The notes under the pieces are model-generated. The model was not told the DNA's origin. It worked only from the letters and a program-made list of their open reading frames with translations, and did not search any database. A stretch of 64,000 nt of DNA from Bugula neritina (lineage: Eukaryota; Animalia; Bryozoa): the NCBI GenBank assembly GCA_964035545.1, contig OZ037766.1, positions 18,315,081 through 18,379,080 of the forward strand, given 5' to 3'. The position numbers and the translations under genes were made by a program. Each line of letters opens with the position of its first letter. The first letter of the stretch is position 1. Of the stretch, positions 1 to 13,700 are shown piece by piece.

Positions 1-3000
1 TTCACTATACTTCAGTGAGTTTTAGTGTCTTTCAGTATGTTGCAGTATAATTCAGTATCTTGCAACTTATTTCAATGTGTTGCAATGTATTTCAATATGT
101 TACAGTGTATTTCAGTATGTTGCAGTATGTTGCAGTGTATTTCAGTATGTTACAGTGTATTTCAGTAGGTTTCAGTATCTTCCAGTATATTTCAGTATGT
201 TACAGTATATTTCATTAAGTTGCAGTATGTTGCAGTATATTTCAGTAGTTTGCAACATATTTCAGTAGGTTACCATATATTTCGGTATGTTGAAGCATAT
301 TTCAATGTGTTGCAGTGTATTTCAATATGTTACAGTGTATTTCAGTATGTTGCAGTATGTTGCAGTTTGCTGCAGTATGTTGCAGTGTATTTCTGTATGT
401 TACAGTGTATTTCAGTATGTTGCAGTATATTTCAGTTTGTTACAGTATATTTCAGTATGTTGCAGTATATTTCAGTGGGTTATAGTATATTTCATTATGA
501 TACAGCGTCTTTCAGTATGTTACAGTGTATTTCAGTATGTTGCAGTATATTTCAGTATGTTACAGTATATTTCAGTATGTTGCAGTATATTTCAGTGGGT
601 TATAGTATATTTCAGTATGATACAGCGTATTTCAGTATGTTACAGTGTATTTCAGTATGTTGCAGTATTTTGCAACATATTTCAGTACGTTACAGTATAT
701 TTCAGTATGTTGCAGTATAATTCAGTATGTTACCATAAAATTCAGTATGTTACAGTACATTTCCAAAAATTACACTATACTTCAGTGAGTTGTAGTATAT
801 TTCAGTATCTCGCAGTACATCTCCGTATGTTACAGTATATTTCAGTATGTTACAGTATATTTCAGTGTGTTACAGTAATTTCAGTATGTTACAGTGCATT
901 TGCAGATATTACACTATACTTCAGTGAGTTTTAGTGTCTTTCAGTATGTTGCAGTATACTTCAGTATGTTGCAGTATTTTGCAATATATTTCAGTATGTT
1001 ACAGTGTATTTCAGTACGTTGCCGTATATTTCAGTATGATACAATAAATTTCAGTGTGTTACAGTACATTTCTGCAAACTACACTATACTTCAGTGAGTT
1101 GTAGTATGTTTCAGTATCTTGCAGTATATCTCAGTATGTTGCAGTTTATTTCAGTATGTTCCAGTATATTTCAGCGTGTTTCAGTATATTTCAGTATGCC
1201 ACAGTGCATTTTCAGATTTTTCACTATACTTCAGTGAGTTTTAGTGTCTTTCAGTATGTTGCAGTATAATTCAGTATCTTGCAACTTATTTCAATGTGTT
1301 GCAATGTATTTCAATATGTTACAGTGTATTTCAGTATGTTGCAGTATGTTGCAGTGTATTTCAGTATGTTACAGTGTATTTCAGTAGGTTTCAGTATCTT
1401 CCAGTATATTTCAGTATGTTACAGTATATTTCATTAAGTTGCAGTATGTTGCAGTATATTTCAGTAGTTTGCAACATATTTCAGTAGGTTACCATATATT
1501 TCGGTATGTTGAAGCATATTTCAATGTGTTGCAATGTATTTCAATATGTTACAGTGTATTTCAGTATGTTGCAGTATGTTGCAGTGTATTTCAGTATGTT
1601 ACAGTGTATTTCAGTAGGTTTCAGTATCTTGCAGTACATTTCAGTATGTTGCAGTATAATTCAGTATGTTACAATAAATTTCAGTATGTTACAGTACATT
1701 TTCGTAAATTACACTATACTTCAGTGAGTTGTAGTATATTTCATTATCTTGCAGTATATCTTAGTATGTTACAGTATATTTCAGTATGTTACAGTATATT
1801 TCACTGTGTTACACTAAATTTCAATATGTTACAGTGCATTTGCAGATATTACACTATACTTCAGTGAGTTTTAGTGTCTTTCAGTATGTTACAGTGTATT
1901 TCAGTATGTTGCAGTATAATTCAGTATGTTACAATAAATTTCAGTATGTTACAGTACATTTCCGTAAATTACACTATACTTCAGTGAGTTGTAGCATATT
2001 TCAGTATCTCGCAGTATATCTCAGTATGTTACAGTATATTTCAGTATGTTACAGTATATTTCAGTGTGTTACAGTAAATTTCAGTATGTTACAGTGCATT
2101 TGCAGATATTACACTATACTTCAGTGAGTTTTAGTGTCTTTTAGTATGTTGCAGTATATTTAAGTATGTTGCAGTTTTTTGCAATATATTTTAGTATGTT
2201 ACAGTGTATTTCAGTACGTTGCAGTATATTTCAGTATGATGCAATAAATTTCAGTGTGTTACAGTACATTTCTGCAAATTACGCTATACTTCAGTGAGTT
2301 GTAGTATATTTCAGTATCTTGCAGTATATCTCAGTATGTTACAGTTTATTTCAGTATGTTCCAGTATATTTCAGCGTGTTTCAGTATATTTCAGCATGCC
2401 ACAGTGCACTTTTACATTTTTCACTATACTTCAGTGAGTTTTAGTGTCTTTCAGTATGTTGCAGTATATTTCGGTATCTTGCAACTTATTTCAATGTGTT
2501 GCAATGTATTTTAATATGTTACAGTGTATTTCAGTATGTTGCAGCATGTTGCAGTGTATTTCAGTATGTTACAGTGTATTTCAGTAGGTTTCAGTATCTT
2601 GCAGTATATTTCAGTATGTTGTAGTGTATTTCAGTGGGTTACAGTATATTCCAGTATGTTCCAGTATGTTGCCGTGTATTTCAGTATGTTGCAGTGCATA
2701 TCAGTATGTTACAGTGTATTTCAGTATGTTAAACCGTATTTCAGTATGTTGCAGTATTTTGCAATATATTTCAGTATGTTTCAGTATTTTGCAGTATATT
2801 TCAGTGTGTTACAGTGTATTTCAGTATATCACAGTGCATTTTCAGGTATTACACTATACTTCAGTGAGTTTTAGTGTCGTTCAGTATGTTGCATTATATT
2901 TCAGTATCTTGCAACATATTTCAATGTGTTGCAATGCATTTCAATATGTCACAATGTATTTCAGTATGTTGCAGTATGTTGCAGTGTATTTCAGTATGTT

Positions 3001-6000
3001 ACAGTGTATTTCAGTAGGTTTCAGTATCTTGCAGTATATCTCAGTATGTTACAGTTTATTTCAGTATGTTCCAGTATATTTCAGCGTGTTTCAGTATATT
3101 TCAGTATGCCACAGTGCATTTTTAGATTTTTCACTATACTTCAGTGAGTTTTAGTGTCTTTCAGTATGTTGCAGTATATTTCGGTATCTTGCAACTTATT
3201 TCAATGTGTTGCAATGTATTTCAATATGTTACAGTGTATTTCAGTATGTTGCAGCATGTTGCAGTGTATTTCAGTATGTTACAGTGTATTTCAGTAGGTT
3301 TCAGTATCTTGCAGTATATTTCAGTATGTTGCAGTATATTTCAGTGGGTTACAGTATATTCCAGTATGTTCCAGTATGTTGCAGTATATTTCAGTATGTT
3401 GCAGTGTGTTTCAGTATGTTACAGTGTATTTCAGTATGTTGCAGTATGTTGCAGTGTATTTCTGTATGTTACAGCGTACTTCTGTATGTTACAGTGTATT
3501 TCAGTATGTTGCAGTACATTTCAGTATGTTACAGTATATTTCACTAAGTTGCAGTATATTTCAGTGGGTTATAGCATATTGCAATATGATACAATGTATT
3601 TGAGTATGTTACAGTGTATTTCAGTATGTTGCAGTATTTTGCAATATATTTCAGTATGTTACAGTGTATTTCAGTATGTTGCAGTATATTTCAGTATGTT
3701 ACAATAAATTTCAGTATGTTACAGTACATTTCCGTAAATTACACTATACTTCAGTGAGCTGTAGTATATTTCAGTGTCTTGCAGTATATCTCAGTATGTT
3801 ACAGCAAATTTCAATGTGTTGCAGTGTATTTCAATATGTTACAGTGTATTTCAGTATGTTGCAGCATGTTGCAGTATGCTGCAGTATGTTGCAGTGTATT
3901 TCTGTATGTTACAGTGTATTTCAGTATGTTGCAGTATATTTCAGTATGTTACAGTATATTTCAGTATGTTGCAGTATATTTCAGTGGGTTATAGTATATT
4001 TCAGTATGATACAGCGTATTTCAGTACGTTACAGTATATTTCAGTATGTTGCAGTATAATTCAGTATGTTACCATAAAATTCAGTATGTTACAGTACATT
4101 TCCGAAAATTACACTATACTTCAGTGAGTTGTAGTATATTTCAGTATCTCGCAGTATATCTCCGTATGTTACAGTATGTTTCAGTATGTTACAGAATATT
4201 TCAGTGTGTTACAGTAATTTCAGTATGTTACAGTGCATTTGCAGATATTACACTATACTTCAGTGAGTTTTAGTGTCTTTCAGTATGTTGCAGTATACTT
4301 CAGTATGTTGCAGTATTTTGCAATATATTTCAGTATGTTACAGTGTATTTCAGTACGTTGCCGTATATTTCAGTATGATACAATAAATTTCAGTGTGTTA
4401 CAGTACATTTCTGCAAACTACACTATACTTCAGTGAGTTGTAGTATATTTCAGTATCTTGCAGTATATCTCAGTATGTTGCAGTTTATTTCAGTATGTTC
4501 CAGTATATTTCAGCGTGTTTCAGTATATTTCAGTATGCCACAGTGCATTTTCAGATTTTTCACTATACTTCAGTGAGTTTTAGTGTCTTTCAGTATGTTG
4601 CAGTATAATTCAGTATCTTGCAACTTATTTCAATGTGTTGCAATGTATTTCAATATGTTACAGTGTATTTCAGTATGTTGCAGTATGTTGCAGTGTATTT
4701 CAGTATGTTACAGTGTATTTCAGTAGGTTTCAGTATCTTCCAGTATATTTCAGTATGTTACAGTATATTTCATTAAGTTGCAGTATGTTGCAGTATATTT
4801 CAGTAGTTTGCAACATATTTCAGTAGGTTACCATATATTTCGGTATGTTGAAGCATATTTCAATGTGTTGCAGTGTATTTCAATATGTTACAGTGTATTT
4901 CAGTATGTTGCAGTATGTTGCAGTTTGCTGCAGTATGTTGCAGTGTATTTCTGTATGTTACAGTGTATTTCAGTATGTTGCAGTATATTTCAGTTTGTTA
5001 CAGTATATTTCAGTATGTTGCAGTATATTTCAGTGGGTTATAGTATATTTCATTATGATACAGCGTCTTTCAGTATGTTACAGTGTATTTCAGTATGTTG
5101 CAGTTTATTTCAGTATGTTACAGTATATTCCAGTATGTTGCAGTATATTTCAGTGGGTTATAGTATATTTCAGTATGATACAGCGTATTTCAGTATGTTA
5201 CAGTGTATTTCAGTATGTTGCAGTATTTTGCAACATATTTCGGTACGTTACAGTATATTTCAGTATGTTGCAGTATAATTCAGTATGTTACCATAAAATT
5301 CAGTATGTTACAGTACATTTCCGAAAATTACACTATACTTCAGTGAGTTGTAGTATATTTCAGTATCTCGCAGTACATCTCCGTATGTTACAGTATATTC
5401 CAGTATGTTACAGTATATTTCAGTGTGTTACAGTAATTTCAGTATGTTACAGTGCATTTGCAGATATTACACTATACTTCAGTGAGTTTTAGTGTCTTTC
5501 AGTATGTTGCAGTATACTTCAGTATGTTCCAGTATTTTGCAATATATTTCAGTATGTTACAGTGTATTTCAGTACGTTGCCGTATATTTCAGTATGATAC
5601 AATAAATTTCAGTGTGTTACAGTACATTTCTGCAAACTACACTATACTTCAGTGAGTTGTAGTATATTTCAGTATCTTGCAGTATATCTCAGTATGTTGC
5701 AGTTTATTTCAGTATGTTCCAGTATATTTCAGCGTGTTTCAGTATATTTCAGTATGCCACAGTGCATTTTCAGATTTTTCACTATACTTCAGTGAGTTTT
5801 AGTGTCTTTCAGTATGTTGCAGTATAATTCAGTATCTTGAAACTTATTTCAATGTGTTGCAATGTATTTCAATATGTTACAGTGTATTTCAGTATGTTGC
5901 AGTATGTTGCAGTGTATTTCAGTATGTTACAGTGTATTTCAGTAGGTTTCAGTATCTTCCAGTATATTTCAGTATGTTACAGCATATTTCAGTAAGTTGC

Positions 6001-8650
6001 AGTATGTTGCAGTATATTTCAGTAGTTTGCAACATATTTCAGTAGGTTACCATATATTTCGGTATGTTGAAGCATATTTCAATGTGTTGCAGTGTATTTC
6101 AATATGTTACAGTGTATTTCAGTATGTTGCAGTATGTTGCAGTTTGCTGCAGTATGTTGCAGTGTATTTCTGTATGTTACAGTGTATTTCAGTATGTTGC
6201 AGTATATTTCAGTTTGTTACAGTATATTTCAGTATGTTGCAGTATATTTCAGTGGGTTATAGTATATTTCATTATGATACAGCGTCTTTCAGTATGTTAC
6301 AGTGTATTTCAGTATGTTGCAGTACTTTGCAATATGTTTCAGTATGTTACAGTGTATTTCAGTATGTTGCAGTATAACTCAGTATGTTACAATAAATTTC
6401 AGTATGTTACAGTACATTTTCGTAAATTACACTATACTTCAGAGAGTTGTAGTATATTTCAGTATCTTGCAGTATATCTCAGTATGTTACAGTATATTTC
6501 AGTATGTTACAGTATGTCTCACTGTGTTACAGTAAATTTCAATATGTTACAGTGCATTTGCAGATATTACACTATACTTCAGTGAGTTTTAGTGTCTTTC
6601 AGTATGTTACAGTGTATTTCAGTATGTTGCAGTGTATTTCAGTATGTTGCAGTATAATTCAGTATGTTACAATAAATTTCAGTATGTTACAGTACATTTT
6701 CGTAAATTACACTATACTTCAGTGAGTTGTAGTATATTTCATTATCTTGCAGTATATCTTAGTATGTTACAGTATATTTCAGTATGTTACAGTATATTTC
6801 ACTGTGTTACACTAAATTTCAATATGTTACAGTGCATTTGCAGATATTACACTATACTTCAGTGAGTTTTAGTGTCTTTCAGTATGTTACAGTGTATTTC
6901 AGTATGTTGCAGTATAATTCAGTATGTTACAATAAATTTCAGTATGTTACAGTACATTTCCGTAAATTACACTATACTTCAGTGAGTTGTAGCATATTTC
7001 AGTATCTCGCAGTATATCTCAGTATGTTACAGTATATTTCAGTATGTTACAGTATATTTCAGTGTGTTACAGTAAATTTCAGTATGTTACAGTGCATTTG
7101 CAGATATTACACTATACTTCAGTGAGTTTTAGTGTCTTTTAGTATGTTGCAGTATATTTAAGTATGTTGCAGTTTTTTGCAATATATTTTAGTATGTTAC
7201 AGTGTATTTCAGTACGTTGCAGTATATTTCAGTATGATGCAATAAATTTCAGTGTGTTACAGTACATTTCTGCAAATTACGCTATACTTCAGTGAGTTGT
7301 AGTATATTTCAGTATCTTGCAGTATATCTCAGTATGTTACAGTTTATTTCAGTATGTTCCAGTATATTTCAGCGTGTTTCAGTATATTTCAGCATGCCAC
7401 AGTGCACTTTTACATTTTTCACTATACTTCAGTGAGTTTTAGTGTCTTTCAGTATGTTGCAGTATATTTCGGTATCTTGCAACTTATTTCAATGTGTTGC
7501 AATGTATTTTAATATGTTACAGTGTATTTCAGTATGTTGCAGCATGTTGCAGTGTATTTCAGTATGTTACAGTGTATTTCAGTGGGTTACAGTATATTCC
7601 AGTATGTTCCAGTATGTTGCAGTATATTTCAGTATGTTGCAGTGTGTTTCAGTATGTTACAGTGTATTTCAGTATGTTGCAGTATGTTGCAGTGTATTTC
7701 TGTATGTTACAGCGTACTTCTGTATGTTACAGTGTATTTCAGTATGTTGCAGTATATTTCAGTATGTTACAGTATATTTCACTAAGTTGCAGTATATTTC
7801 AGTGGGTTATAGCATATTGCAATATGATACAATGTATTTGAGTATGTTACAGTGTATTTCAGTATGTTGCAGTATTTTGCAATATATTTCAGTATGTTAC
7901 AGTGTATTTCAGTATGTTGCAGTATATTTCAGTATGTTACAATAAATTTCAGTATGTTACAGTACATTTCCGTAAATTACACTATACTTCAGTGAGCTGT
8001 AGTATATTTCAGTGTCTTGCAGTATATCTCAGTATGTTACAGCAAATTTCAATGTGTTGCAGTGTATTTCAATATGTTACAGTGTATTTCAGTATGTTGC
8101 AGCATGTTGCAGTATGCTGCAGTATGTTGCAGTGTATTTCTGTATGTTACAGTGTATTTCAGTATGTTGCAGTATATTTCAGTATGTTACAGTATATTTC
8201 AGTATGTTGAAGTATATTTCAGTGGGTTATAGTATATTTCAGTATGATACAGCGTATTTCAGTACGTTACAGTATATTTCAGTATGTTGCAGTATAATTC
8301 AGTATGTTACCATAAAATTCAGTATGTTACAGTACATTTCCGAAAATTACACTATACTTCAGTGAGTTGTAGTATATTTCAGTATCTCGCAGTATATCTC
8401 CGTATGTTACAGTATATTTCAGTATGTTACAGAATATTTCAGTGTGTTACAGTAATTTCAGTATGTTACAGTGCATTTGCAGATATTACACTATACTTCA
8501 GTGAGTTTTAGTGTCTTTCAGTATGTTGCAGTATACTTCAGTATGTTGCAGTATTTTGCAATATATTTCAGTATGTTACAGTGTATTTCAGTACGTTGCC
8601 GTATATTTCAGTATGATACAATAAATTTCAGTGTGTTACAGTACATTTCC
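1..8650. repeat. Mosaic two-copy higher-order repeat (about 1-4410 vs about 4559-8650) containing a 1219-bp unit
   Basis: Matching ORF translations and private variants at offsets 4558 (77 vs 4635; 894 vs 5452), 4998 (1786 vs 6784) and 4238 (3664 vs 7902; 4233 vs 8471). The 1219-bp internal unit is seen at 77 vs 1296 and 4233 vs 5452. Confidence 0.88.
773..1240. repeat. Representative four-box cluster (G1-T1-G2-T2) of the higher-order unit; landmark CACTATACTTCAGTGAGTT
   Basis: Boxes start at 773, 912, 1082 and 1222 (spacing 139/170/140). The same pattern appears at 4112/4251/4421/4561, 5331/5470/5640/5780 and 43592/43732/43902/44042. G boxes are followed by GTAGTATATTT, T boxes by TTAGTGTCTTT. 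Confidence 0.93.
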
Positions 8651-10764
8651 GAAAATTACACTATACTTCAGTGAGTTGTAGTATATTTCAGTATCTTGCA
8701 GCATATCTCAGTATGTTACAGTATATTTCTGTATGTTACAGTATATTTCAGTGTGTTACAGTAAATTTCAGTATGTTACAGTGCATTTGCAGATATTACA
8801 CTATACTTCAGTGAGTTTTAGTGTCTTTCAGTACGTTGCAGTATATTTCAGTATGATACAATAAATTTCAGTGTGTTACAGTACATTTTTGCAAATTACG
8901 CTATACTTCAGTGAGTTGTAATATATTTCAGTATCTTGCAGTATATCTCAGTATGTTACAGGTTATTTGAGTATGTTCCAGTATATTTCAGCGTGTTTGA
9001 GTATATTTCGGTATGCCACAGTGCATTTTCAGATTTTTCACTTTACTTCAGTGAGTTTAGAGTGTCTTTCAGTATGTTGCAGTATATTTCGGTATCTTGC
9101 AACTTATTTCAATGTGTTGCATTGTATTTCAATATGTTACAGTGTATTTCAGTATGTTGCAGTATGTTGCAGTGTACTTCAGTATGTTACAGTGTATTTC
9201 AGTAGGTTTCAGTATCTTACAGTATATTTCAGTATGTTGCAGTATATTTCAGTGGGTTACAGTATATTCCAGTATGTTACAGTATGTTGCAGTATATTTC
9301 AGTATGTTACAGTGTATTTCAGTAGTTTGCAACATATTTCAGTAGGTTACCATATATTTCGGTATGTTGCAGCATATTTCAATGTGTTGCAGTGTATTTC
9401 AATATGTTACAGTGTATTTCAGTATGTTGCAGTATGTCGCAGTGTATTTCTGTATGTTACAGTGTATTTCAGTATGTTGCAGTATATTTCAGTATGTTAC
9501 AGTATGTTTCAGTATGTTGCAGTATATTTCCGTGGGTTATAGTATATTTCAGTATGATACAGCGTATTTCAGTATGTTACAGTGTATTTCAGTATGTTGC
9601 AGTATTTTGCAATGCATGTCAGTATGTTACAGTGTATTTCAGTATGTTGCAGTATATTTCAGTATGTTACAATAAATTTCAGTATGTTACAGTACATTTC
9701 CGTAAATTACACTATACTTCAGTGAGTTGTAGTATATTTCAGTATCTTGCAGTATATCTCAGTATGTTACAGTATATTTCAGTATGTTACAGTATATTTC
9801 AGTGTGTTACAGTAAATTTCAGTATGTTACAGTGCATTTGCAGATATTACACTATACTTCAGTGAGTTTTAGTGTCTTTCAGTATGTTGCAGTATATTTC
9901 AGTATGTTGCAGTATTTTGCAATATATTTTAGTATGTTACGGTGTATTTCAGTACGTTGCAGTATATTTCAGTATGATACAATAAATTTCAGTGTGTTAC
10001 AGTACATTTCTGCAAATTACACTATACTTCAGTGAGTTGTAGTATATTTCAGTATCTTGCAGTATATCTCAGTATGTTACAGTTTATTTCAGTATGTTCC
10101 AGTATATTTCAGCGTCTTTCAGTATATTTCAGTATGCCACAGTGCATTTTCAGATTTTTCACTATACTTCAGTGAGTTTTAGTGTCTTTCAGTATGTTGC
10201 AGTATATTTCAGTATCTTGCAACATATTTCAATGTGTTGCAATGCATTTCAATATGTTACAATGTATTTCAGTATGTTGCAGTATGTTGCAGTGTATTTC
10301 AGTATGTTACAGTGTATTTCAGTAGGTTTCAGTGTCTTGCAGTATATTTCAGCATGTTGCAGTATATTTCAGGATGTTGCAGTATGTTTCAGTATAATTC
10401 AGTATTTTGCCGTATTTTGCAGTTTATTTCAGTATGTTCCAGTATATTTCAGCGTGTCTCAGTATATTTCAGTGTGCCACAGTGCATTTTCAGGTTTTTC
10501 ACCATACTTCAGTGAGTTTTAGTGTCGGTCAGTATGTTGCAGTATATTTCAGTATCTTGCAACATATTTCAATGTGTTGCAATGCATTTCAATATGTTAC
10601 AATGTATTTCAGTATGTTGCAGTATGTTGCAGTGTATTTCAGTATGTTACAGTGTATTTCAGTAGGTTTCAGTGTCTTGCAGTGTATTTCAGCATGTTGC
10701 AGTATATTTTAGGATGTTGCAGTATGTTTCAGTATGTTACAGTATTTTGCCGTATATTTCAGTG

Positions 10765-13700
10765 TGTTACAGTATGTTTCATTATGTTGCAGTATGTTGC
10801 AGTATATTTCAATAGTTTGCAACATATTTCAGTAGGTTACCATATATTTCGGTATGTTGCAGCATATTTCAATGTGTTGCAGTGTATTTCAATATGTTAC
10901 AGTGTATATCAGTATGTTGCAGTATGTTGCAGTATGCTGCAGTATGTTGCAGTGTATTTCTGTATGTTACAGTGCATTTCAGTATGTTGCAGTATATTTC
11001 AGTTTGTTACAGTATATTTCAGTATGTTGCAGTATGTCTCAGTGGGTTATAGTATATTTCAGTATGATACAGCGTCTTTCAGTATGTTACAGTGTATTTC
11101 AGTATGTTGCAGTATTTTGCAATATGTTTCAGTATGTTACAGTGTATTTCAGTATGTTGCAGTATAATTCAGTATGTTACAATAAATTTCTGTATGATAC
11201 AGCGTATTTTAGTATGTTACAGTGTATTTCAGTATGTTGCGGTACTTTGCAATGCATTTCAGTATGTTACAGTGTATTTCAGTATGTTGCAGTATAATTC
11301 AGTATGTTACAATAAATTTCAGTATGTTACAGTACATTTCCGTAAATTACACTATACTTCAGTGAGTTGTAGTATATTTCAGTGTCTTGCAGCATATCTC
11401 AGTATGTTACAGTATATTTCTGTATGTTACAGTATATTTCAGTGTGTTACAGTATATTTCAGTATGTTGCAGTATTTTGCAATATATTTTAGTATGTTAC
11501 GGTGTATTTCAGTACGTTGCAGTATATTTCAGTATGATACAATAAATTTCAGTGTGTTACAGTACATTTCTGCAAATTACACTATACTTCAGTGAGTTGT
11601 AGTATATTTCAGTATCTTGCAGTATATCTCAGTATGTTACAGTTTATTTCAGTATGTTCCAGTATATTTCAGCGTCTTTCAGTATATTTCAGTATGCCAC
11701 AGTGCATTTTCAGATTTTTCACTATACTTCAGTGAGTTTTAGTGTCTTTCAGTATGTTGCAGTATATTTCAGTATCTTGCAACATATTTCAATGTGTTGC
11801 AATGCATTTCAATATGTTACAATGTATTTCAGTATGTTGCAGTATGTTGCGGTGTATTTCAGTATGTTACAGTGTATTTCAGTAGGTTTCAGTGTCTTGC
11901 AGTATATTTCAGCATGTTGCAGTATATTTCAGGATGTTGCAGTATGTTTCAGTATGTTACAGTATTTTGCCGTATTTTGCAGTTTATTTCAGTATGTCCC
12001 AGTATATTTCAGCGTGTTTCAGTATATTTCAGTATGCCACAGTGCATTTTCAGATTTTTCACTATACTTCAGTGAGTTTTAGTGTCGGTCAGTATGTTGC
12101 AGTATATTTCAGTATCTTGCAACATATTTCAATGTGTTGCAATGCATTTCAATATGTTACAATGTATTTCAGTATGTTGCAGTATGTTGCAGTGTATTTC
12201 AGTATGTTACAGTGTATTTCAGTAGGTTTCAGTGTCTTGCAGTATGTTTCAGCATGTTGCAGTATATTTCAGGATGTTGCAGTATGTTTCAGTATGTTAC
12301 AGTATTTTGCCGTATTTTGCCGTATATTTCAGTGTGTTACAGTATATTTCATTATGTTGCAGTATGTTGCAGTATATTTCAATAGTTTGCAACATATTTC
12401 AGTAGGTTACCATATATTATGGTATGTTGCAGCATATTTCAATGTGTTGCAGTGTATTTCAATATGTTACAGTGTATATCAGTATGTTGCAGTATGTTGC
12501 AGTATGCTGCAGTATGTTGCAGTGTATTTCTGTATGTTACAGTGTATTTCAGTATGTTGCAGTATATTTCAGTTTGTTACAGTATATTTCAGTATGTTGC
12601 AGTATGTTTCAGTGGGTTATAGTATATTTCAGTATGATACAGCGTCTTTCAGTATGTTACAGTGTATTTCAGTATGTTGCAGTATTTTGCAATATGTTTC
12701 AGTATGTTACAGTGTATTTCAGTATGTTGCAGTATAATTCAGTATGTTACAATAAATTTCAGTATGTTACAGTACATTTCCGTAAATTACACTATACTTC
12801 AGTGAGTTGTAGTATATTTCAGTATCTTGCAGTATATCTCAGTATGTTACAGTATATTTCAGTATGTTACAGTATATTTCAGTGTGTTACAGTAATTTCA
12901 GTATGTTACAGTGCATTTGCAGATATTACACTATACTTCAGTGAGTTTTAGTGTCTTTCAGTATGTTGCAGTATATTTCAGTATGTTGCAGTATTTTGCA
13001 ATATATTTTAGTATGTTACGGTGTATTTCAGTACGTTGCAGTATATTTCAGTATGATACAATAAATTTCAGTGTGTTACAGTACATTTTTGCAAATTACA
13101 CTATACTTCAGTGAGTTGTAGTATATTTCAGTATCTTGCAGTATATCTCAGTATGTTACAGTTTATTTCAGTATGTTCCAGTATATTTCAGCGTGTTTCA
13201 GTATATTTCAGTATGCCACAGTGCATTTTCAGATTTTTCACTATACTTCAGTGAGTTTTAGTGTCTTTCAGTATGTTGCAGTATATTTCGGTATCTTGCA
13301 ACTTATTTCAATGTGTTGCATTGTATTTCAATATGTTACAGTGTATTTCAGTATGTTGCAGTATGTTGCACTGTACTTCAGTATGTTACAGTGTATTTCA
13401 GTAGATTTCAGTATCTTGCAGTATATTTCAGTATGTTGCAGTATATTTCAGTGGGTTACAGTATATTCCAGTATGTTCCAGTATGTTGCAGTATATTTCA
13501 GTATGTTACAGTGTATTTCTGTAGTTTGCAACATATTTCAGTAGGTTACCATATATTTCGGTATGTTGCAGCATATTTCAACGTGTTGCAGCGTATTTCA
13601 ATATGTTACGGTGTATTTCAGTATGTTGCAGTATGTTGCAGTGTATTTCGGTATGTTACAGTGTATTTCAGTATGTTGCAGTATATTTCAGTATGTTACA

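Noticed and set aside
773-1240. CRISPR-like appearance: a conserved, partly palindromic 19-bp box at semi-regular intervals
   Set aside because: The intervening sequences are mostly 120-770 bp of the same satellite rather than unique 25-45 bp spacers, and there is no leader or cas gene.
1683-1700. AATAAA poly(A)-like and TATAAT / TATA promoter-like words (e.g. CAGTATAATT, CAATAAATTT near 1650-1680 and throughout)
   Set aside because: These are simple one- or two-base variants of the AT-rich monomer, repeated with the array and with no associated gene.
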